Of a DNA stretch of 39,238 nt, positions 29,501 to 39,238 are shown one piece after another. The DNA is from Thermodesulfobacteriota bacterium. Its GTDB lineage: Bacteria > Desulfobacterota > SM23-61. The notes beneath the pieces are model-generated. The model was not told the DNA's origin, did not search any database, and worked only from the letters and a program-made list of their open reading frames with translations. The position numbers and the translations under genes were made by a program. Every line of letters begins with the position of its first letter. The first letter of the stretch is position 1. Where the stretch lies: positions 1 to 39,238 of the forward strand of contig JBNAWB010000004.1 of the NCBI GenBank assembly GCA_049699975.1, read 5' to 3'.

Positions 29501-30709
29501 ATGAAAAAAACTCTTTACCGCTACATTTGGCAAGAACTTCTTCCGCCCTTCTTCCTGGGCCTCTTAGGTTTTACGTTTATTTTGCTTACGGGAAGGATTT
29601 TACAACTTACGGAGTTATTCGTCAATAAGGGCATTTCTCTTTCCCACATTGCCAAATTTATTTATTACCTTATTCCTTCTTTTATGGTCTTGACGATCCC
29701 AATGGCTATGCTTTTAGCCGTGATGGTCGCTTTTAGCCGCCTGGCCAGCGATAACGAGATCACCGCTTTAAAATCTTCAGGTATAAGTCTTTATCAAATG
29801 GTTCCTCCCGTTATCTTTTGGGCTATGGGGGCTTTTATGCTCACCATCTTTTTTTCTTTGCATTTACTCCCTCAAGCTAACCAGGCTTCCCGGTCCTTAC
29901 TTTTCGAAATTGCCAGTACTAAAGCTCACGCGGGTGTGAAAGAACGGGTATTTAACGACGACTTTGAAGGATTAGTCATTTATGTGGAACACGTCTCGCC
30001 CCGCACGCTCAAGTGGGAAAATATTTTTATTTCTGATGCGCGCCTTCCCGAAGAAATGCATGCCATAGTAGCCCGGGAAGGAGAGGTACTTTCTGACCCT
30101 GCCCAACTAACCGTGACTTTAAAATTAAAAAACGGCTCCATTCATAAATTGGGCAAACAGCCCGAAGTCTACCAAAAAATTGATTTTGCAACTTACGACC
30201 TGCGTCTGAGCCTAAAAACTGGTTTAGCTAAAAAACAAGATGAAAAAAAACACCCGGCGGATATGTCTTTAAACGAACTTCTTCAGGCTATGCGCTTTTG
30301 GCGCCTAAAAAGCGAAGAGGCCAAAATCTTGCTCATAAAAATTCACGAAAAATTCACCATCCCTTTTGCTTGCCTTGTCTTCGGACTGATTGGTATTCCC
30401 TTGGGAGCCCAATCTCCTTTGGGGCAGGCGGGTAAATCCCTCGGCTTTTCCTGGTCAGTGGCCGTAATTCTGATCTATTATTTGCTGACTAATGCTGGAA
30501 ACTCTTTAGCCGAACGGGGCTTTATATCTGTGGAATTGGGCTTGTGGTTCCCCAACGCCTTTTTTTTACTATTGGGCATTTATCTGCTCATCAAGAGTGC
30601 CCGCGGGGCGCCCATTTTTTTGATGGCTGGTCTAAATAAAGTCTTCAGTTGGCTTACCCGAGAATTAAAAGAGTCTTTTCCTCCTCCGGAAAGGAAATCT
30701 GCCCCATGA
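29501..30709 (+). CDS. lptF: LPS export ABC transporter permease LptF
   Basis: YRYIWQE, RLASDNEITALKSSGIS; 3 TM + periplasmic beta domain + 3 TM; upstream of a paralogue. Confidence 0.9.
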   Translation: MKKTLYRYIWQELLPPFFLGLLGFTFILLTGRILQLTELFVNKGISLSHIAKFIYYLIPSFMVLTIPMAMLLAVMVAFSRLASDNEITALKSSGISLYQMVPPVIFWAMGAFMLTIFFSLHLLPQANQASRSLLFEIASTKAHAGVKERVFNDDFEGLVIYVEHVSPRTLKWENIFISDARLPEEMHAIVAREGEVLSDPAQLTVTLKLKNGSIHKLGKQPEVYQKIDFATYDLRLSLKTGLAKKQDEKKHPADMSLNELLQAMRFWRLKSEEAKILLIKIHEKFTIPFACLVFGLIGIPLGAQSPLGQAGKSLGFSWSVAVILIYYLLTNAGNSLAERGFISVELGLWFPNAFFLLLGIYLLIKSARGAPIFLMAGLNKVFSWLTRELKESFPPPERKSAP

Positions 30710-31785
30710 AAATCTTGAGCAAGTATTTAGCCCGAGATTTCTTGCAAAATTTTTTCTTAGGCCTGGGAGCTTTTACGACTATTTACTTAGTCGTCGAATT
30801 CTTTGAAAGGATAAATGCTTTCCTCCACAATCGGGCTCCCCTGGAGATGATGATCGCCTATTTTTTAAATAAAATTCCATCCATTATTGCCCAAGTATCC
30901 CCGGCGGCCATCCTGCTCTCTTCTTTAATTACTCTGGGCATCATGTCTCGCCATAATGAAATCATGGCCCTAAAAGCAGCAGGGATCGGTCTGAGGCAAA
31001 TTATCTTGCCCATATTGCGGGTAGTTTTTATCCTTTACCTAATTCTTTTAGGCCTGAACGAATATATTGTTCCGGGGGCCAATCAAAAAGTACGGGAGCT
31101 CATGAATCTAATCGTTCATAAAAAAAAGCCCGTAGAAGTATTTAAACAAAGCCAAATTTGGATCCATAGCCATCAGAGTATTTATAATATTCAGCTTTAT
31201 CACCCCGAGAAGAATTCGATGGAAGGGGTAAGTATCTACCGTTTTGATCCTAACTTTAGGCTCTTAGAAAGATTAGATGCGCGGCGGGCAGACTGGCAGG
31301 ATGGGCAGTGGATTTTTTCAGAAGTTACGGTAACGCAATTCAGCGGCGATGGCTTCCCGGTGCGAAAAAAGTATCCGCAAATTACTCTTTCTCTCCCGGA
31401 GACCCCGCAAGATTTTCGCGTTGCCGAAAAAAATCCGGAGGAAATGAATTACCGCGAGCTCAGCGAATATGTGCGTAAGATTGAACGGGATGGGTATGAA
31501 TCCACAAAATATCGCTGCGCCCTTTATGCTTTCTTTTCCTTCCCCTTCACCAGTGTAATTTTAGGTTTTTTGGGCATTACTTTAGCTCTGCGAAAGGAAA
31601 GGGGCGCCGGTATTGCTATGGCTCTCGGGTTGAGTATCTTGATAAGTTTTATTTATTTGGTGACTTTTTCTTTTAGCTTAGAATTGGGCAAAGCCGGATT
31701 GCTGCCTCCATTTGTGGCCGCTTGGTTAGGAAATTTTATTTTTGCTTTGGTGGGCGTCTATTTATTTTTATCTATCCGCCACTAA
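30706..31785 (+). CDS. lptG: LPS export ABC transporter permease LptG
   Basis: MKILSKYL start with ATGA overlap on the lptF stop; RHNEIMALKAAGIG; LPPFVAAWLGN. Confidence 0.9.
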   Translation: MKILSKYLARDFLQNFFLGLGAFTTIYLVVEFFERINAFLHNRAPLEMMIAYFLNKIPSIIAQVSPAAILLSSLITLGIMSRHNEIMALKAAGIGLRQIILPILRVVFILYLILLGLNEYIVPGANQKVRELMNLIVHKKKPVEVFKQSQIWIHSHQSIYNIQLYHPEKNSMEGVSIYRFDPNFRLLERLDARRADWQDGQWIFSEVTVTQFSGDGFPVRKKYPQITLSLPETPQDFRVAEKNPEEMNYRELSEYVRKIERDGYESTKYRCALYAFFSFPFTSVILGFLGITLALRKERGAGIAMALGLSILISFIYLVTFSFSLELGKAGLLPPFVAAWLGNFIFALVGVYLFLSIRH

Positions 31786-31821
31786 AATACTTTCCTCTAA
31801 AAGGGTTACCTATAGTGCTAA

Positions 31822-34295
<2,474 letters not shown>

Positions 34296-36106
34296 GAGTT
34301 AAAATTTCTCCTCCTCTTTCTCCTAATTTCGTAGGTAAGTTATCTCCAAACTCCTCAGGAAATTTTTGTCGTAAACTCCCTCTGATTAACTCTTCAATCT
34401 CTTCCGGAGTGGATAGTTGTAAAGATTGTTGCACTAACTGGCGACACTCGCGCAGAGTATAAGCGCGCAAAATCTTCTTTACGCGGAAGATAGAGAGAAC
34501 ATTCATCGATAATTCGTCCAGTTCCAGCCCTAAAAGGATCGGAATATATAACGGTTCTCCCGCCATTTCACCACACATGGCCACTTTAATCCCGGCACTG
34601 TGGGCCGCATCTACGACTTCTTTTACCAAACGCAAAACAGCCGGGTGCAGAGGCTCATAGAGATGGGTAACTGATTCATTTACCCGATCGATGGCCAAAG
34701 TATACTGAATTAAATCATTGGTCCCAATACTAAAAAAATCAACCTCGCGGGCTAATATGTCCGCGATGGCCGCGGCTGAGGGAACTTCGATCATAATCCC
34801 TATTTCCATTTGCGGATCGAAAGGAATGCCCTCGGCTGTTAAGCCTAAGCGCACTTCATTTAAAATTTTCTTAACTTCGCGAATCTCGGAAACCCCAGAG
34901 ATCATGGGCAGGAGAAGTTTTACCTTGCCAAAAGCACTGGCTCGCAAAATGGCGCGTAATTGCACTTTGAATATATCTACTTCTTTCAAGCTAAAGCGAA
35001 TAGCTCTTAGCCCCATAGCCGGGTTCATTTCTTCGGCTAGTTCTAAAGGAGACAAGAATTTATCTCCACCGATATCCAGCGTCCGAATCACTGCGGGGTG
35101 GGGATAAATCCCTTCCACCACATTTTTATAAGCCTGGAAATGATCTTCTTCCGAAGGTAAATCCCGGCGATTGAGATAGAGATATTCGGTCCGGTAAAGA
35201 CCGATTCCTTCCGCACCATGTTCGCGCACGGAGGGTATTTCTTCTACCAACTCGATATTGGCTAAAATTCTAACCCGATACCCATCAAGCGTTTCCGCAG
35301 GCAGATCCCGATACTGAAATAGTTCACGTTCCATTCTTAGGCGCGCTTTTTGGCGCTCCTGATATTCATGCATGATCTCCGGACTTGGATTAACGACCAC
35401 GACTCCTGTGATGCCGTCCACAATAAGCGTATCTCCAGTGCTGATAAATTGGGTGGCCGTCTCCGCACCCACCACAGCAGGAATCTCCAGGGAACGCGCC
35501 ATTATTGCCGTATGCGAAGTTTTGCCCCCCAGATCGGTAACAAAAGCCGTCACCTTATCCTTGGCCATCTGGGCCGTATCTGCCGGAGAGAGGTCATGGG
35601 CGACGACGATTACTTCTTCTTTAATTTGGGAAAAAGGTTCCTTCCCTTTGCCCATCAGGTTACGGATTATCCTCTCCCCTATATAATCAATATCTGTCTT
35701 GCGGCTTTTTAAATATTCGTCCTCAATTTGGTTAAAGACCTTGCGCAACTTCTCTAAGTTTATCTTCAAGGCCCATTCAGAATTAATCCAACTTTGGCGA
35801 ATGGTAGCGATAGTATTATCGATCAGCTTCTTATCCTCTAAGAGCAGAAGATGCACATCAAGGATATATACTGGACTGGTCGCATCTTCTCTTAATAGCT
35901 TCTCCTTAGCCGAACGGAGCTGTTTTTTAGACTCTTCTATAGCCTCTAAAAAGCGCTCTACTTCTTGCTCAACCTGCGATTCCGGAATAACTCGCGCTGG
36001 AGTCTCAATTTTCCCTTTATCTACCAAAAAGGCCTTGCCGATAATAATTCCTGGCGTTACGCCGATTCCTTTAATGAATTTGGTCTTTTTAGTTTCTTTT
36101 TTCAAG

Positions 36107-36391
36107 CTACTCTTCTCCAAAGCGGCCTTCGATCAAAGTGCCCAAAGCTTCTAAGGCTTCGAGAGCGTCATCACCTTGAGCTTTTATGGTAATTTTAGTT
36201 CCTTGAGCTGCAGCCAACATCATTAAGTCCATGATGCTTTTACCGTCAGCTACTTGTCCATCTTTCTCCACTTTGATTTCTGCTCGAAAACGATTGGCTG
36301 TCTGTACAAAGGAAGCTGAAGGGCGGGCGTGCAGGCCGAATTTATTTTTAATTATATAGCTTCTGGAAATCACAGAAAGGTCGTTTTCCAA
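36107..36391 (-). CDS. ptsH: Phosphocarrier protein HPr
   Basis: GLHARP (His15) and GKSIM (Ser46). Start is TTG 36391 or GTG 36373. Confidence 0.95.
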   Translation of the reverse strand: MENDLSVISRSYIIKNKFGLHARPSASFVQTANRFRAEIKVEKDGQVADGKSIMDLMMLAAAQGTKITIKAQGDDALEALEALGTLIEGRFGEE

Positions 36392-36439
36392 AAAATTATT
36401 CCAGGCTTATTCGTTTAATTAATCATCGTGATTTATTTA

Positions 36440-36468
36440 AGTCTACTTTTCCCAAGCTTCCTTGTCAA
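36440..36468 (-). promoter_or_regulatory. Sigma70 promoter of ptsH-ptsI-metK-ahcY
   Basis: TTGACA-17 nt-TAGACT on the minus strand. Confidence 0.65.
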
Positions 36469-36548
36469 GTTTTTTTGCGCCCCACCACGCGTCAGTTTTT
36501 GGGTAAATACCTAATATGGCTCAGGTAGGGGCAAGCCTTCTCCTCAAC

Positions 36549-36692
36549 GAAACTGTATCGCAATCCACTTTTCCTCATGGCGAGCGACACCGCACTTGAC
36601 GAAGTGATGCGTGGCGAACTCTTTAATTTGAATGCGTTACGAGATCGCCACGGTCGCTACGCTCCCTCGCGATGACATTATGGCCCAGTCTC
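36549..36692. mobile_element. MITE-like non-autonomous element (family C inverted pair with imperfect terminal IRs)
   Basis: Ends GAAACTGTATCGCAA and TTATGGCCCAGTCTC; inner inverted units TCATGGCGAG... and GAGATCGCCAC...CTCGCGATGAC; left ~70 bp matches 10767-10838 inverted; no transposase. Confidence 0.55.
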
Positions 36693-36829
36693 AATGGGAA
36701 GAGTTGCTAAAACTCGCCCAGGAGAGAAAGTCGGAATCGACTCGTACCGAGGTGAAGGGAAATTTAATAGGCTAATCATGAAATCTGCCCCCGCTCAGTG
36801 GTGGGTTACGCTGGCCGTTGCGGATTTTG

Positions 36830-36858
36830 TTGTCACCAGAAATTAAAGATGCTATATT
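36830..36858 (+). promoter_or_regulatory. Sigma70 promoter of smpB (extended -10)
   Basis: TTGTCA-17 nt-TATATT with TG-n before the -10; ATG follows after 6 nt. Confidence 0.6.
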
Positions 36859-36864
36859 TTTTCT

Positions 36865-37323
36865 ATGTCTGAGAAAGTACTTTGCGTAAATAAAAAAGCT
36901 TTTCATGATTATTCCATTGAAGAGTCTCATGAAGCTGGTATCGCCCTTTTAGGCACCGAAGTGAAATCTCTTCGCTTGGGCAAAGCCAATTTAAAAGACA
37001 GCTATGTGCGGATCGAGGATGGAGAAGCTTTTCTTTATAACACGCATATTAGTCCCTATCCTTATGGGCACCAATTTAACCACGATCCGGAGCGCACCAG
37101 AAAGCTCCTCTTACATAAACGGGAAATACGCCGCTTGCAAGGTAAAATTCAGGAGCGCGGATATACTTTGATTCCCTTGAAATTATATCTTAAAAGAGGT
37201 ATAATAAAAATTGAATTGGGCTTAGCCAAAGGCAAAACTTTGCACGACAAACGGGAAGATTTAAAAAGAAGAACCGCTGATCGGGAAATTGAAAAAGCCA
37301 TGAAGGCGGCCAAAATTCGCTAA
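36865..37323 (+). CDS. smpB: SsrA-binding protein
   Basis: [43 protein letters not shown]. Confidence 0.98.
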   Translation: MSEKVLCVNKKAFHDYSIEESHEAGIALLGTEVKSLRLGKANLKDSYVRIEDGEAFLYNTHISPYPYGHQFNHDPERTRKLLLHKREIRRLQGKIQERGYTLIPLKLYLKRGIIKIELGLAKGKTLHDKREDLKRRTADREIEKAMKAAKIR

Positions 37324-37351
37324 TGTTCTTTACAAAATTCAATATTGCAAA

Positions 37352-37710
37352 GGGGGCGTCACGGTCTCGACGGGGATCATTGAGGCAAGGGCTGCATGCC
37401 GAGGTTCCGACTGGGCTCGTTAAAAAAGTCGGGCAAAGATAAGCGGAAACTACAATTACGCTTACGCCACTGCTTAATAACCAGTGGCCGCTCCTCCGAC
37501 CAAATCCTGTGCGGTCGGTAGGGAGCGTCGACTAATCAGGATAGCTTTCCACCGAAGCTTATAAGTGGAAAGCGAAATCCCATAAGCTAACTTCTGCAGA
37601 ATCCAGCCGTGGGGAGTCTGCAGGAGTGAAAGTCAAAACAACGGCTAAGCATGTAGATGCTTCTTGCTGAAGGTTTCCGGACGCGGGTTCGACTCCCGCC
37701 GCCTCCACCA
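37352..37710 (+). ncRNA. ssrA: tmRNA (one-piece), tag (A)GNYNYAYATA
   Basis: 5' GGGGGCG pairs with CGCCTCC-ACCA, including the G3:U70 alanine identity pair; T-arm GCGGGTTCGACTCCCGC; tag ORF 37445-37480 ends TAA TAA; directly follows smpB. Confidence 0.97.
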
Positions 37711-37728
37711 GGAGCCTATTAGGCTTCC
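37711..37728. terminator. Small hairpin between the convergent ssrA and M23 genes
   Basis: GGAGCCT-att-AGGCTTCC. Confidence 0.35.
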
Positions 37729-37735
37729 CGAAGTT

Positions 37736-39043
37736 TTAACGGATAAGTTCCATCTTTTTTTCTACGTTATCTCTAATCCAGTGGTCATCCCACCATTCAA
37801 TGGGATTCACAAAAACACCATGGATCAACATGCTAAAATGGAGGTGGTCTCCACCAGCCAACCCAGTGGATCCCGTATGACCAATAAGGTCTCCTTTTTG
37901 GACTTCTTTTTTAATTTCTGTTTTAATCGAACTTAAGTGGGCATACATACTAAAAAGCCCACAGCCATGATCGATTATAACTGTATTCCCATATATGCCC
38001 AGCGGTCCGGCAAAAACGACTCGTCCGTTATTAGCCGCGGGGATAGGACTTTGCGCTAAGGATGCTAAATCAATACCCAAGTGCACCTGCTGATCAACTT
38101 CCTGCCCGTTGTACCAATAACTCCGCTGCTCAGCAAAAAGAGCCATGGGCTTGGAATTGGGCAGCCTCAAAAAGGCGCCGCTCCATAACGGTTGGGAAGA
38201 AGTTTCCTGACAAATTTTTCTTATTTCTTGATGGTCGGCTTCCCGCTGCTGGCGGTTAATGGCTAAAAATATGTCTATTAAAGAACCGCGGAGGTTGGGA
38301 TTACGTTCGGTGAAATAAGGGACGATGCTTTTTAAAAAACTATCCGTAAGCTGAATTTTATCTGCCTTAAATTTTTTGGCTTTGGGGATCAAGCGCAAAC
38401 TGACTTTTCCTTTATTGCCGGCTTGGTCTTCAGCTACGGCATAAATGGCCAATTCTTTTACCTGTTCATAACCCAAGGTGAAAAAAACTAAGTAATGATT
38501 CTTCTCCCTCAAGTACCCCGGGAATAACTTTTCGCCAACTTGCACGCCGCTAATAGGAGTCTCCTCCGACGTTTGGTAAGTTATACAACCTGTCCCACCT
38601 TGATTTATATAATGAATACCGCCCAAAACATTTATCTGCGGGGGGTGGGTATCTACGACAAATTTTTTAGTTACCGTGACTGGATTGCCCCAGTTCCAAG
38701 AATGGTCACGGGCAAAAACTTTTAACTCTGTCTCCCCATCTTTGAGCCCCGCCGGCAGAGGCCGAAGAGAAATAGTCTTTTCTAATTTATTAGTTCCTTT
38801 TGGTATCTTTTCTTGCCAGAGAATAACTGTGTTCCCCTTCTGTAAAGCTTCTACGCGCACTTCAGCTACCCCGCTTTTTTCATCTGAAATTTGCAAATCC
38901 AATTTTTGGCCCAAATAACTTTGGTCCGGGGAAATTTTAATAGTTGGTTTTTCTTGTTCAAATTTGACTATCCAAATCCAAAGGCCAGCAGCCAAACAAA
39001 TAGCAATAAAAAGGGAAATTGCTATCCAAACTTTCTTCTTCAT
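37736..39043 (-). CDS. M23 family metallopeptidase with N-terminal membrane anchor
   Basis: HLGID (HxxxD), YGNTVIIDHG, YAHLS, GSTG...GDHLHF (HxH). Confidence 0.93.
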   Translation of the reverse strand: MKKKVWIAISLFIAICLAAGLWIWIVKFEQEKPTIKISPDQSYLGQKLDLQISDEKSGVAEVRVEALQKGNTVILWQEKIPKGTNKLEKTISLRPLPAGLKDGETELKVFARDHSWNWGNPVTVTKKFVVDTHPPQINVLGGIHYINQGGTGCITYQTSEETPISGVQVGEKLFPGYLREKNHYLVFFTLGYEQVKELAIYAVAEDQAGNKGKVSLRLIPKAKKFKADKIQLTDSFLKSIVPYFTERNPNLRGSLIDIFLAINRQQREADHQEIRKICQETSSQPLWSGAFLRLPNSKPMALFAEQRSYWYNGQEVDQQVHLGIDLASLAQSPIPAANNGRVVFAGPLGIYGNTVIIDHGCGLFSMYAHLSSIKTEIKKEVQKGDLIGHTGSTGLAGGDHLHFSMLIHGVFVNPIEWWDDHWIRDNVEKKMELIR

Positions 39044-39133
39044 TACTTCCTCTCTTTATTAAAATTTTAGTTTTTTAATATTTCACAGTCTTCCCGCAGT
39101 GTCAAGCAATAAAAGGGGTCAAACCTTTAAATT

Positions 39134-39238
39134 TTAAATGAGGCATTTACTCTTAAGTTCCTTAATCTTTGCTCTGAGATACCTTGAAACATCAATTTCC
39201 TTTTCAATCTTCTTAAGAATAATACTTACAGCAGCACC
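39134..39238 (-). CDS. 3' end of a truncated ORF, possibly the C-terminal HTH of a Y1/RAYT-like transposase
   Basis: Open frame ...GAAVSIILKKIEKEIDVSRYLRAKIKELKSKCLI*, followed by TTTAAAGGTTTGACCCC. Only 34 aa are visible. Confidence 0.4.
   Translation of the reverse strand, partial: GAAVSIILKKIEKEIDVSRYLRAKIKELKSKCLI

Noticed and set aside
37690-37740. Integrative element at the tmRNA 3' end
   Set aside because: No integrase and no duplicated 3' end; the M23 gene ends 25 nt away.
37664-37936. 90-aa ORF
   Set aside because: Overlaps the tmRNA 3' end and is antisense to the M23 gene.

Overview
AT-rich (roughly 40-45% GC by eye) bacterial chromosome segment. Gene content and order (TAXI-TRAP, iron-sulfur flavoprotein, CFI-box-CTERM protein, ptsH-ptsI-metK-ahcY, RomR-like gene beside valS, sigma54-driven zraP-like gene) suggest a Desulfobacterota/deltaproteobacterium; this is an inference. 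The left ~18 kb is accessory: a zraP/Spy-like gene, vapBC, an ArsR plus ABC-2 exporter, a TAXI-TRAP transporter, a radical SAM/TIM-barrel operon, a 1177-aa surface protein and an SDR/lactonase-like/Isf/MFS cluster. Its intergenic gaps carry several families of REP/MITE-like hairpin repeats. The right ~21 kb is mostly housekeeping: trmFO, coaX, birA, hemB, valS, dgt, lptFG, ahcY, metK, ptsI, ptsH, smpB, ssrA and an M23 peptidase. Best leads: (1) the 1177-aa ORF looks like a polyprotein in which an internal CFI-box-CTERM is followed by a second signal peptide and an outer-membrane beta-barrel; (2) a receiver-less protein with four exact 53-aa RomR-C/PopZ-like repeats is coupled to valS; (3) the ArsR gene hides an in-frame, strongly SD-led 43-aa Cys/His-rich peptide; (4) the tmRNA has an atypical tag, (A)GNYNYAYATA. 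All calls come from motif recognition by eye; no database searches were run.
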